DNA from: a virus
Taxonomy: Duplodnaviria; Caudoviricetes
IMG/VR virus record: IMGVR_UViG_3300037483_000513
Location: 1-43,507 of that record
Strand: one strand, 5' to 3'
DNA length: 43,507 nt
Positions 1 through 8,106 of this stretch are shown piece by piece. Position 1 is the stretch's first letter, and the number at the start of each line of letters is the position of its first letter. The notes under the pieces are model-generated. The model did not search any database, was not told the origin of the DNA, and worked only from the letters and a program-made list of their open reading frames with translations. The translations under genes were made by a program, and so were the position numbers.

Positions 1-60
1 GTGGCGGATCGGCTGGTGTTTGGGAAAAACGGACATGCTGGCCCGTTCTGGATTTTCAAT

Positions 61-328
61 GTCACGTTGTGTGTACCATGTTGCGTGTTTCGTTACGTTG
101 CGTGCTGTGTTGAGGTGTTTGCTCGTGCCCTGTGCCCTGCGCTTGGTTACTGTGTGTGTCATTCGTGGGGTACTGGTAGGTAGGTACCCGTGGGTAGGGG
201 TACTGCACCCCTCCTGCTCACGTTGTGTAACCCCACTGATGTCACGTTGTGTTATGCCCATGGGGTGGGCCTCCTGCCCTGTGGTTGTCACTCTGTGTAT
301 CGCCTACCAGGTGGTTACCTTGTGTGGT
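61..328. repeat. Array of degenerate GTNAC-N5-GTNNN motifs in the terminal non-coding region
   Basis: GTCACGTTGTGTGTA (61), GTTACGTTGCGTGCT (92), GTTACTGTGTGTGTC (146), CTCACGTTGTGTAAC (217), GTCACGTTGTGTTAT (241), GTCACTCTGTGTATC (287), GTTACCTTGTGTGGT (314). Confidence 0.75.
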
Positions 329-555
329 GGGTCGCTGTTCGGCTGGCCGATCTTCAGGTTGCAGGCCTGGCAGGATGCGACGAGGTCGGCGTCGAGTTCG
401 CTGATGCCCTTGCCGATTACGTGGTGGACTTGGTCCGCTACTTCGGTGCAGACGCCGGGGATGCGTAGTTGGCAGGTGTGGCCGTCGCGGAGCATGATCC
501 GGGCGCGTTGCTTCCGGGATGCGGTGGTGGACCCCCCTGCCCAGCCTTTACTGAT
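304..555 (-). CDS. Terminase-associated HNH endonuclease (start uncertain: ATC at 555 after AGGAGG, or an upstream ATG)
   Basis: RDGHTCQ...C...DQVHH...LVASCQACN HNH/Zn motif; last gene before the packaging region. Confidence 0.8.
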   Translation of the reverse strand: MSKGWAGGSTTASRKQRARIMLRDGHTCQLRIPGVCTEVADQVHHVIGKGISELDADLVASCQACNLKIGQPNSDPPHKVTTW

Positions 556-569
556 GGCGGCCTCCTGGC

Positions 570-821
570 CTATGGGGCGGTGGTGGCGTCGATGGTCGGG
601 CATGGCCACCGCATGCTCTCGACTCCGGCGCAGCCGCCGTCGACGACGCATTCGGAGCAGATCTCGTTGCCGTGGGACGCTATCGGGCTGTGGAGGCGGA
701 TGACGGCGGTGAGTGAGCGGACCCAGGTGCCTGCGTCGGCTGCGTGGACTGCGTCTAGTAGTTGCTGGTGGGCGGCGTCTAGTCGTTGCTGATGTTGCTC
801 ATGGAGTTCTTGCGCGGTCAT
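570..821 (-). CDS. Hypothetical Zn-binding protein (HxP...CxxC...WPCPT)
   Basis: ATGA overlap with upstream ORF; motif common in actinophage small proteins. Confidence 0.6.
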   Translation of the reverse strand: MTAQELHEQHQQRLDAAHQQLLDAVHAADAGTWVRSLTAVIRLHSPIASHGNEICSECVVDGGCAGVESMRWPCPTIDATTAP

Positions 822-1099
822 GGCATGTCGGCGCGTTGGCCGTCGGGTGTGACTTCGGCGCGGCCTCCGTGGCGTGCTGGTGCGGTGGTGATTTCGGTGA
901 TGCGGAAGGTTCGCGGGTGGGTGGGGCGGTCGATCCCGCGTGCGCCTTCGTCGAGTTCCTGGAAGGTGATGAGCCCGAGGGCGGCGGTCGCTCCGACCAT
1001 GATGCGGTTCTTGTCGAGGCCGGTCGCGGTCATGACGACGTCGGTGAAGTCGTCGCTGGGGACGGAGGCTGGTGTGGTGGTGGTCTTCCTGGTGGTCAT
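818..1099 (-). CDS. Hypothetical protein
   Basis: AAGGAG RBS before ATG; coupled to the next gene. Confidence 0.65.
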   Translation of the reverse strand: MTTRKTTTTPASVPSDDFTDVVMTATGLDKNRIMVGATAALGLITFQELDEGARGIDRPTHPRTFRITEITTAPARHGGRAEVTPDGQRADMP

Positions 1100-1140
1100 C
1101 GGTGGCTCCTTGGCGGGCCTGGTGAGCGGAGTGGCTACGT

Positions 1141-1343
1141 GAGATCAATTTACGGGACCGGAACCGTTGAGTAGGCAAAGGAAACCCCCCGGCGGGGGGC
1201 AGGGGGTTGGGCTGGCCGGCCGCCGATGGTCGTCCCTATGGGGGGCGCCCATCCCATTGGCGGGATCCGCATCTGTGGCTCTCGGCCGGTCAGCCGTGGA
1301 AACGGGCGTTAGGGTCTCGCCTTCCCGGTCCCCCGTTGATCCT
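1141..1343. ncRNA. Candidate structured RNA / multi-hairpin intergenic element
   Basis: Nested inverted repeats: 1141-1163 with 1322-1343, 1210-1222 with 1283-1295, and hairpins at 1183-1208, 1231-1247, 1251-1266. Confidence 0.45.
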
Positions 1344-1344
1344 C

Positions 1345-1605
1345 TCAGTGAGTTACCGCCGGGTCGAGGGCGGCGCAGCTGTCGTCGGGGAGTTGGTCGC
1401 CGGCGTGGATGCTGCTGGCCGGTCCGTCGACGTGGACCTGCGCGCCGGGGGGCCACGTCCCGATGGTCTTGCTCGGGTCGTCGACCTCGAACGCGATCAT
1501 GGTGAGGTCGGCGTCGACCAGGACGGCGCCGCACCAGGCGCAGCGCTGCCGGACCAGGGGCCCGGTTTCGATTCTCAAGCCCGCGATGTGGGTGATCCCG
1601 CTCAT
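1345..1605 (-). CDS. Hypothetical protein (CxxC)
   Basis: ATGA overlap with upstream gene. Confidence 0.6.
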   Translation of the reverse strand: MSGITHIAGLRIETGPLVRQRCAWCGAVLVDADLTMIAFEVDDPSKTIGTWPPGAQVHVDGPASSIHAGDQLPDDSCAALDPAVTH

Positions 1606-1877
1606 GCTGGTGCGGTGAGGGTGATTTCGCGGAGGCCGAGCCCGCGGGGTTGGTCGGGGTCGGGGACGATCGCGAGAGTCAGGTGTCCGGTGCGGATGAG
1701 CTCGGCGACGGCTTCGGGGATTTCGATGGTGACGGGGGCGTTTCCCTGACCGGACAGGTCAGCGACCACGCTGTAGTGCTGCTCGGGCTTGTGCCCGAAC
1801 GCGGCCACGTGGTTGGGGTGTTCGGGGCCGTCGTTGCCGTCGAAACTGTTGTTGCACTTCGTGCAGGTCGCGATCAT
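1602..1877 (-). CDS. Hypothetical protein (CxxC...H)
   Basis: ATGA-coupled ORF in the operon. Confidence 0.55.
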   Translation of the reverse strand: MIATCTKCNNSFDGNDGPEHPNHVAAFGHKPEQHYSVVADLSGQGNAPVTIEIPEAVAELIRTGHLTLAIVPDPDQPRGLGLREITLTAPA

Positions 1878-2224
1878 TCGATGCTCCATATTCGTGTCGG
1901 TCGTTCGGTGATTCTCACTACGCCTTCAGGGACATCGGGGTCATCGATCACCTCGGTACCCAGAACCGGGCTGCCGGGCTGCAGCGGCGGTCGATTGCCT
2001 GTCGCCCAGGAGGCTCGCAGCATCCGGGCGTATTCGGCGGGATGCAGTCGCATGGGGCTGTTGTGTTGGCGGGCCAGGCCCTCGGTTTCGTATAGCCAGT
2101 CGGGGGCTGGTGCGATGGCCCCGATGAGCGAATCGACGGCCCATTCCCGGGTGTCGGGCGTCATGTCGGGGTCAATGGCTGCCCTCTCCCACCCTGTTGC
2201 CGGGATCGGTATATCAATCGTCAT
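1874..2224 (-). CDS. Hypothetical protein
   Basis: ATGA-coupled ORF. Confidence 0.55.
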   Translation of the reverse strand: MTIDIPIPATGWERAAIDPDMTPDTREWAVDSLIGAIAPAPDWLYETEGLARQHNSPMRLHPAEYARMLRASWATGNRPPLQPGSPVLGTEVIDDPDVPEGVVRITERPTRIWSIE

Positions 2225-2679
2225 TCGGTCACGCTCCATTCGGGTTGCCAGCCGGGCCGGTCGGCGTACGGCTGGGCGAGGATTCGGATCTCGGGGCACT
2301 CGTCGGCTCTGGCCGGGCTCCATTCGCCGAAGCGACCGGAACACATCAGGTCAAGCGGTGGGCCGGTAGGCGACGGGTACGGCACCCCAGCGTGACGGTC
2401 AATGATCGCCCGCTTGGCTTTCACCTCGGCCAGCTGGTGCCGCGCCCGTTCAGCGATCTGTTGAGGCTTGAATCGTCCGAGGTAGTCAGCGGTGGAGTCA
2501 TCGACTTCCGGGATCAGGGTTTCGCCGTCGCGGCGAACGAGGCCGGGCATGTTGACGCCTGGCCAGACCTCCCATTGGCCTGCGGCGTCCGCGAAGAGTA
2601 GGTCTTTCTCGGCGTGCGCTTGGTCTAGGTCGATTTGTGCGCGGAGCCAGGTGGTTAGGGCGCTCATGTCGGCGGTCAT
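2221..2679 (-). CDS. DUF6221-like protein
   Basis: WLRAQIDxD...LAEVxAKRAII...CPEIRILAQPYADRPGWQPEW signature. Confidence 0.75.
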   Translation of the reverse strand: MTADMSALTTWLRAQIDLDQAHAEKDLLFADAAGQWEVWPGVNMPGLVRRDGETLIPEVDDSTADYLGRFKPQQIAERARHQLAEVKAKRAIIDRHAGVPYPSPTGPPLDLMCSGRFGEWSPARADECPEIRILAQPYADRPGWQPEWSVTE

Positions 2680-3002
2680 CAGTCGGTCTCTTCCTGGGTG
2701 TGCGTGATGATGTCGCCAGGTTGGACGACGCGGTGACGGATGTTTCCAGCGCCGTCGGTTAGGGCGATGACTTCTGTTTCGGTCACGACTCTGGTTTCGG
2801 TGGTTTTGGGTCGGGCTCGTTTTTCCGCAGCGAGGATCTTGGCTCGGCTCCAGTCGGCTGGTTTCGCTCCTGCTGCTTTGGCTGTTGCTTGGATGCTGGC
2901 TAGTTCGGTTTTGGTGAGCCGGATTGTGAGGAATTCGGTTCGGGGGTCGTTGGAGGGTGGGCGGCCTGGTCCTCGTTTGGCCGGTGGTTCCTCTGTGCTC
3001 AT
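2679..3002 (-). CDS. AT-hook plus ribbon-helix-helix (MobC/CopG-like) DNA-binding protein
   Basis: KRGPGRPP followed by FLTIRLTKTELASIQATAKAAG...WSRAKIL. Confidence 0.65.
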   Translation of the reverse strand: MSTEEPPAKRGPGRPPSNDPRTEFLTIRLTKTELASIQATAKAAGAKPADWSRAKILAAEKRARPKTTETRVVTETEVIALTDGAGNIRHRVVQPGDIITHTQEETD

Positions 3003-3099
3003 GTCTTGAATATAGGGGTCACATCAATTCTGTGCAAGACCGAGTAGTTGTGACACGAATATCTAGACACGACTCTGATTTATGTGACACAGTAAAGGC
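3003..3099. promoter_or_regulatory. Back-to-back leaderless sigma70-type promoters with three TGTGAC boxes
   Basis: Leftward TTGCAC-17-TATATT-6-ATG(3002); rightward TAGACA-18-CACAGT-6-ATG(3100); TGTGAC(AC) at 3018-3023 (minus), 3049 and 3083. Confidence 0.7.
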
Positions 3100-3726
3100 A
3101 TGACGACAACGCAGATCACCCGCCGGATCCTCACCAGCGCCCTGACCGCGGTGGCCTTCTGGAACTCCTACACCCACACCGCCGCCTGGTTCACCGAGCA
3201 CGGGCAGGCAGCCCAGGCCCCGCTCCTAGCGCTGATCCCCGAGGCCGGCGTCATCCTCGTGGTCCTGACGCTGGCCGGCGGCGGCCTGACCACCGTGGTC
3301 CGCTGGCTGATCGGGGCCATCGGGATCGGTGCCGTCGCCATCACGTTCACTGCCAACCTGGCGGGTGCCTCGGCCGGGGCGATGGGCATCGCGGCTGCCC
3401 TGGTCGCGCCGGTGTTCGCCATCCTCGGGTTCGCGCTGGAGGTCGTCTCTATCGAGGCACCTGCCGAAGCTCCGAGCGAGGCGCCCGCTGAATCTCCCGC
3501 AGCCGCATCGGCTGAGGCACCCGCCCCGGCGGCCAAGCCCGCCCGCAAGGTCACACCGGCTCGCCGCGGTAACCGCGGCTTGACCGACACCGGGATCCTC
3601 TGGGCTACCCAGGTGCACGCCACGGGCGCCGAGTGGCCGACGACCGCGCAGATCCTGGCGCAGTTCCCGACGATCAGCCGGACGACCGCTGGGCGGATCC
3701 GGGGCGCCAAGCCGGTGGCCGTCTGA
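3100..3726 (+). CDS. DUF2637/SpdA-like membrane protein with a C-terminal HTH-like segment
   Basis: About 4 TM helices, AFWNSYTH motif, Ala/Pro/Glu linker; has its own promoter and terminator. Confidence 0.65.
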   Translation: MTTTQITRRILTSALTAVAFWNSYTHTAAWFTEHGQAAQAPLLALIPEAGVILVVLTLAGGGLTTVVRWLIGAIGIGAVAITFTANLAGASAGAMGIAAALVAPVFAILGFALEVVSIEAPAEAPSEAPAESPAAASAEAPAPAAKPARKVTPARRGNRGLTDTGILWATQVHATGAEWPTTAQILAQFPTISRTTAGRIRGAKPVAV

Positions 3727-3737
3727 CCTACCCCCCG

Positions 3738-3768
3738 GCCCCTGCCCTCGGGCGGGGGCGCTCCTTTG
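3738..3768 (+). terminator. Intrinsic terminator
   Basis: GCCCCTGCC-CTCG-GGCGGGGGC hairpin followed by CTCCTTT, just after the stop at 3726. Confidence 0.55.
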
Positions 3769-3858
3769 CCCTTCCGCCGGGGCCAGGCCCCGCAGTTGCA
3801 CCAGTACGCGGCGCGCTGCACCTGCAGGCTGGTGGCGGCCCCGCAGGTGACGACGGGG

Positions 3859-4191
3859 TCACTCATCAAGCTGACCGCCAACCAGCAGGCGCAGCGCACC
3901 AACGGCGGCCTCGGACGCGCGCAGTGCCGCAACGGTGCGCCGGACGTCGTCCACCAACGGTGTTGCGATGTCGCGGGTTCGGACGATGAACGCATCGACA
4001 GGTAGCTGTGCCCAGTCGGCGAGGGCGGCGAGGTTGTCGACGTCCGGGTTGTGGCCTTGCCGGATCCTCGTGAGCGTCGAGGGTGAGAGTCCGGCTTGTA
4101 GGGCTGCTTGCCTGTCGGTGAGGCCGCGGGCGTGGATGACGGCGGCGATGGCTGCGGCGAACGCGGGCTGATCGAACGAGGGGCCGGTCAT
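3859..4191 (-). CDS. XRE-family HTH DNA-binding protein
   Basis: RGLTDRQAALQAGLSPSTLTRIRQGHNPDVDNLAALADW. Confidence 0.85.
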   Translation of the reverse strand: MTGPSFDQPAFAAAIAAVIHARGLTDRQAALQAGLSPSTLTRIRQGHNPDVDNLAALADWAQLPVDAFIVRTRDIATPLVDDVRRTVAALRASEAAVGALRLLVGGQLDE

Positions 4192-4502
4192 GGGCCTTCC
4201 ATCTGGTTGAGGTCACGTTGAGTGGGGTGCATGGGCGGTGGTTTCACCACGGCCAGCTGATCGGCGCCGAAGATGACCAGCACTCGACTGCTCAGGCCAT
4301 TCTCATTCGCCCAGGATTTCGTGTGTGCCATGGAGTTTTCCTGTTCCTCTTCCGTCATGCCGCCCGGCATGGAGATCACGAGGCACGCGCCTGGTTCGAC
4401 GATCAGCGCCCGGTTCGGCCAGCGGTCAGGGGGAGCGCATACAGCACACTCCAGCTCGTCACCATGTACCTCTAAGCATTTCCTGATTTGCGTCTTGCTC
4501 AT
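4188..4502 (-). CDS. Hypothetical protein
   Basis: ATGA-coupled ORF. Confidence 0.55.
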   Translation of the reverse strand: MSKTQIRKCLEVHGDELECAVCAPPDRWPNRALIVEPGACLVISMPGGMTEEEQENSMAHTKSWANENGLSSRVLVIFGADQLAVVKPPPMHPTQRDLNQMEGP

Positions 4503-4804
4503 GCGTTGCTCACGATCAGTCGGTGTCCGAGGTCGCGGATGATGCCTGCGGCTTTGGAGGGTTTGCCGTGGCGGGGTGGTCGTCGTTTCCAGGCGTGGTA
4601 GGTGCACCAGGCGGCGAATGCGCCGGCGGTGAGGGTGTTGGTGCTGAGGCCCCCGGCGATCGTGAAAACGACCGCGAAAGCGCCGTAGAAGCCCGCATAG
4701 GCGGCCAAGAATCGGACGGTGTACGGGCGTCTCTGGTCAACGATCCAGATGCCTGCCCAGGCGAGGAGGGTGAGTGCGGTGCCTATCAGCTCCCAGGTGA
4801 TCAT
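4499..4804 (-). CDS. Small membrane protein (3 TM)
   Basis: Hydrophobic helices, basic C-terminus, AGGAGG RBS. Confidence 0.65.
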   Translation of the reverse strand: MITWELIGTALTLLAWAGIWIVDQRRPYTVRFLAAYAGFYGAFAVVFTIAGGLSTNTLTAGAFAAWCTYHAWKRRPPRHGKPSKAAGIIRDLGHRLIVSNA

Positions 4805-5022
4805 CGGGTTGCCTCCTGCTCAGCTCTGGTGATCATTTCGTCCAGGTAATGGCGGGCTTTCTTCAGCTCTTCGACGACGTCCGTGCCTGGTTTCCGGCCG
4901 GCGCGGAGGAGGTATTTGAGGGCGTTGCCGCCGTAGAAGTCGAGGTTGAATGCGTCGATGATCTGGAAGGGCATGATCGGCATCTGCTCGTAGTGGTCAC
5001 CGCCGACTTGCTTTTCACTCAT
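4801..5022 (-). CDS. DUF3310 (SaV-like) protein
   Basis: QVGGDHY...FYGGNALKYLLRAGRK...LKKARHYL. Confidence 0.85.
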   Translation of the reverse strand: MSEKQVGGDHYEQMPIMPFQIIDAFNLDFYGGNALKYLLRAGRKPGTDVVEELKKARHYLDEMITRAEQEATR

Positions 5023-5219
5023 GAGCCACCGCGCGCTTCGTCGATGCTGCGGCTGGTGAGGTCTTCGGCGAGGGTGGGCTCGGCCTCGTTCGGCCACGTG
5101 CTGCAGGTGACGTCGGAGGGGTTCAAGGTCATCCGGTCAGCGCGCCGTTCCAATGGTGGCTTGCCGCAGCACGGCATGGTGTTCGAGCCATCCGGCGGAC
5201 ACATGTGGACGGTGGTCAT
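5019..5219 (-). CDS. Hypothetical Cys-rich protein
   Basis: ATGA-coupled; HMCPP...MPCCG. Confidence 0.55.
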   Translation of the reverse strand: MTTVHMCPPDGSNTMPCCGKPPLERRADRMTLNPSDVTCSTWPNEAEPTLAEDLTSRSIDEARGGS

Positions 5220-5422
5220 GTGGTGCGCTCCAGGGCTTGGCGGATGATGTCGAGGGTCGCCGCCAGGACGCTCAGCGCCACGCTCGCGGCTGCGATCAGC
5301 ACGGCTGTGGCCAGGGCGGCACAGAGGGCGGCGAGGACGCAGGCTCGGCAGGTGCGGGCCCCGTCGGCGCGGATCCAGACCCAGAGCTGGCGCCAGTCGC
5401 CGGGGGGCGGGACGGCGGTCAT
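5216..5422 (-). CDS. Hypothetical membrane protein
   Basis: ATGA-coupled; one long hydrophobic helix. Confidence 0.5.
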   Translation of the reverse strand: MTAVPPPGDWRQLWVWIRADGARTCRACVLAALCAALATAVLIAAASVALSVLAATLDIIRQALERTT

Positions 5423-6300
5423 GACGTCTCCACGGCTCGAAGGTGCGGGCGGCAGGCGGTGCAGCGGTGCTCGGAGGGCTGCCCGAATTCGTCGGGCGTC
5501 CAGCCTCGGATGCACTGATCGCAGCCAAGGTTTGTCGCCGAATCGCGGCCAAGGTTTGGCGGTGATTCGGCTACGATTTTGCTACGGGCTGGCCACATCG
5601 CGGCTCGTTTCGCAGCGGACTGGAGCCAGCCGAGGAGGGCAGCGCCGGGATTGTGCAAGTCGGTGGCGGTGTTGTGGATCAACCATTTTCGGAGTTCTGC
5701 TTCGAGATCAACGCTCTGACCTGCGGTTTCATCCCAAAGTTGCCACAAATCTGTTCGGTCGTCGTCGCTCAGAGCTCTCGCGTCACCAAACAGACGACGA
5801 CAGACAAGGTCTTGGATAGGTTTTGAAGTTTGGGTTTGGTCTTGGCTTGGCATGGCATGGGGTTCAACGATTGTCGAAGCATTTGCTTCAGCATTTGCTT
5901 CGTTTTTGCTTCGCCTGGATTGACCGGACGCCTTGCCGCCCCGGGCTCCTGCGGCGGCTCTGACGGCGCGTTTCGCCTTGACCTGAGCGGCCGTCGGATT
6001 CCCGTTCTTCACCCACTGGTGGAAGACAAACCCCTTCGGGTCCAGCGGCTGCGGGCACGCCGGACAGCCATGGCCAGTGGCGTGCCACATGCCCGAGGCG
6101 AGCAAGTGGCGAACGGCTGCCTGCGTGCACCCCAACTCGGCGATCTGCTCATGCGGGATCTGGCCCTCGGTCAAATATTTCGCCGACCAGGATCCAGCGA
6201 GCGTCCACAGTCCCATGGCGCGCTCGCGGATCTCACCGCGCTTCATGCGAGTCACCTTCGGGTGCGCACTGAGGCCGTCGTCGACCAAGAACCACGGCAT
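5419..6300 (-). CDS. Replication initiator (RepA/replisome-organiser-like) with C-terminal Zn finger
   Basis: MPWFLVDDGLSAHPKV...AMGLWTLAGSWS N-terminus typical of actinophage initiators; GAAAGAGG RBS; internal iterons; CxxC...CxxC tail. Confidence 0.7.
   Translation of the reverse strand: MPWFLVDDGLSAHPKVTRMKRGEIRERAMGLWTLAGSWSAKYLTEGQIPHEQIAELGCTQAAVRHLLASGMWHATGHGCPACPQPLDPKGFVFHQWVKNGNPTAAQVKAKRAVRAAAGARGGKASGQSRRSKNEANAEANASTIVEPHAMPSQDQTQTSKPIQDLVCRRLFGDARALSDDDRTDLWQLWDETAGQSVDLEAELRKWLIHNTATDLHNPGAALLGWLQSAAKRAAMWPARSKIVAESPPNLGRDSATNLGCDQCIRGWTPDEFGQPSEHRCTACRPHLRAVETS
5810..5913. repeat. Iteron-like repeats (candidate replication origin) inside the initiator gene
   Basis: AGCATTTGCTTC twice (5878, 5890) plus GTTTTTGCTTC, next to a T-rich TTGG-repeat tract. 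Confidence 0.55.
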
Positions 6301-6353
6301 GTACTGGCCTCTTTCGCCAAAGTGGAATGAATAATGTTTCCAAGTCACTGTTT

Positions 6354-6767
6354 TCAGGACTTCCACAGCTCCCCCTCGTTGTGTGATTGTTTTCGGTCGA
6401 CCTTGATTCTCAGGAGTGATTCAGCGCTCTTGCGGCGCATCCGGCGGACATCGGGATCCAGCACCCGGCGCACGGTTCGCGGGTTCAGATGTGCGCGCTC
6501 TGCGATGCTCTGGACGCTCATCCCCGCGTTCAGGAGGTCGGCCAGGTGGGCGCGGACCGGGCGGACATCGGCGTACGCGGACCACCGCCCGTACTCCTCG
6601 GCCCGGGCTGCCACCCGTTCGCGCTCGTAGGCGGCATTCGCTTCCCGGCATGCCAGGCACCGGCACCGGTCCCGCTTGTACGCCTGGAGAGTGCCATGCA
6701 GGTGCGCCCCCCTGTGCGGGCACGGGCGCGCAGCGGGGGTGTCGAGCAGCAACCCGGCGGCGGTCAT
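6354..6767 (-). CDS. Zn-binding plus HTH DNA-binding protein
   Basis: HGTLQAYKRDRCRCLACREAN and GMSVQSIAERAHLNPRTVRRVL. Confidence 0.75.
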   Translation of the reverse strand: MTAAGLLLDTPAARPCPHRGAHLHGTLQAYKRDRCRCLACREANAAYERERVAARAEEYGRWSAYADVRPVRAHLADLLNAGMSVQSIAERAHLNPRTVRRVLDPDVRRMRRKSAESLLRIKVDRKQSHNEGELWKS

Positions 6768-7090
6768 CGGCAGCACCGGACCCGCGCCAACGGGGCGCGG
6801 TCACACCACTCGGCCAGGGTGGCCAGCAGCCGAACGGCGTGTGCCCAGTGCACACCGTCCTCTTCGGGCCCGGGCATGACCACGCCGGTGTCGAGGAGCT
6901 CCAGGGCAACGCGCAGCAGAACGTCGAGATCCCTCGCGACCGGCCGGGAGTCGATGGCCGGACCGAGGGGCTCGCCCAGAGCTCGAGCGAGCAGGCCCAG
7001 GCCGGGCCCAAAGATGTTCATCGTGGGGTGATCGATGCCGACCAGCTCCGGGCCGCCGAGGTCAGCTTCCAGGTAGATGTCATGGCTCAT
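6764..7090 (-). CDS. Hypothetical protein
   Basis: GGAGG RBS; ATGA coupling. Confidence 0.6.
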   Translation of the reverse strand: MSHDIYLEADLGGPELVGIDHPTMNIFGPGLGLLARALGEPLGPAIDSRPVARDLDVLLRVALELLDTGVVMPGPEEDGVHWAHAVRLLATLAEWCDRAPLARVRCCR

Positions 7091-7515
7091 CCGGTCACCT
7101 CCGTGAAAAGTGGGTCCATTTGGTCGGCCAGCTCCGATCGCCGTGCGGCGGCACGGGTTTCGGCGTGATGGTCGGCGTCGTACGCCAGGTGGCACCTGTT
7201 GCACATCGCCAGCAAGTTCTCGTCGGCGCAGTTCTCCGGCTGGTGGTCGAGGTGAGCGGTCGTCAGGACCACGATCGAGCCGGTGATCGGCGCGGGTTGG
7301 CTGTGCAGCGCGACGCACCGGGTGAGGTCCGAGTCTGGGTCTGCCCATGCTTCGATGTGGGACAGCGGGTTTTCGGCAGCCTCGGCGGCATGGTCGTGCC
7401 CGCACTGGCCGGTGCACTCGCAACGGCGATTGGCCCGGACGAACCGGATCCGTGAGCTGATCCGCGCCCAGTCGGCCGGGTACCTGGCGCGCTCGGACGC
7501 GCGGATGGGGCTCAC
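7087..7515 (-). CDS. HNH endonuclease-like protein
   Basis: RYPADW...RCEC...VLTTAHLDHQPENC...NLLAMCNRCHLAYD. Confidence 0.8.
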   Translation of the reverse strand: MSPIRASERARYPADWARISSRIRFVRANRRCECTGQCGHDHAAEAAENPLSHIEAWADPDSDLTRCVALHSQPAPITGSIVVLTTAHLDHQPENCADENLLAMCNRCHLAYDADHHAETRAAARRSELADQMDPLFTEVTG

Positions 7516-7883
7516 GGTGCCTCCTTGATTCCGGCTTGGATCCGGGCTGTTTCGGCGCCGTGGGACGGGTCGCAGCCGGGGTGCACGGTCCGTCCGGTGC
7601 GGCGGAAGAACTCGGCGGGCAGCATCGCCCGTCCGCAGACCTGGCACCGGGGTGGCCTGCTGGGTTTCGTGCATTTGTGCTGGGTGAACGCTTCCTGCTG
7701 CGCGGGCATCTCCGCACCGGTGAGCACGCGTGCGCGGTCCTTCCCGTCGACCTGGGTGAGGACCACGTTCCCTCCCGGGTCGGGGACGGTATCGAGACGC
7801 AGACGTGTGCCCTCGACGGACAGCCGCCAAAAGGTGACGGCCCCGCACTTCGGGCACAGATCCTGCGTCTCGATCCCGGTCAC
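7512..7883 (-). CDS. Zn-finger hypothetical protein
   Basis: CPKC...HKC...CQVC...HPGC. Confidence 0.6.
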   Translation of the reverse strand: MTGIETQDLCPKCGAVTFWRLSVEGTRLRLDTVPDPGGNVVLTQVDGKDRARVLTGAEMPAQQEAFTQHKCTKPSRPPRCQVCGRAMLPAEFFRRTGRTVHPGCDPSHGAETARIQAGIKEAP

Positions 7884-7884
7884 G

Positions 7885-8106
7885 TCAGTCGCCGTTCAGC
7901 ATGCTGTCGTCGAAGTCAACCCACTTGCCGTCGACCTTGACCCGGCCGCCGAGCGGGATACCGAGGGCTTCGCGGGCGATCTTCCGGGCAGGGGTGATGT
8001 TCTCCCACGCCTGAAGCCCCAACCGGACTCGGACGTCACCGGGGTCGGTCACCCGCATGATCGCGTGCAACGCGGCCTCCAGCTCAGCCACCCGGGCCTT
8101 AGACAT
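7885..8106 (-). CDS. Hypothetical protein
   Basis: GGAGG RBS; lies in the operon. Confidence 0.6.
   Translation of the reverse strand: MSKARVAELEAALHAIMRVTDPGDVRVRLGLQAWENITPARKIAREALGIPLGGRVKVDGKWVDFDDSMLNGD

Noticed and set aside
61-328. CRISPR array
   Set aside because: Repeats are short, degenerate and irregularly spaced; no cas genes
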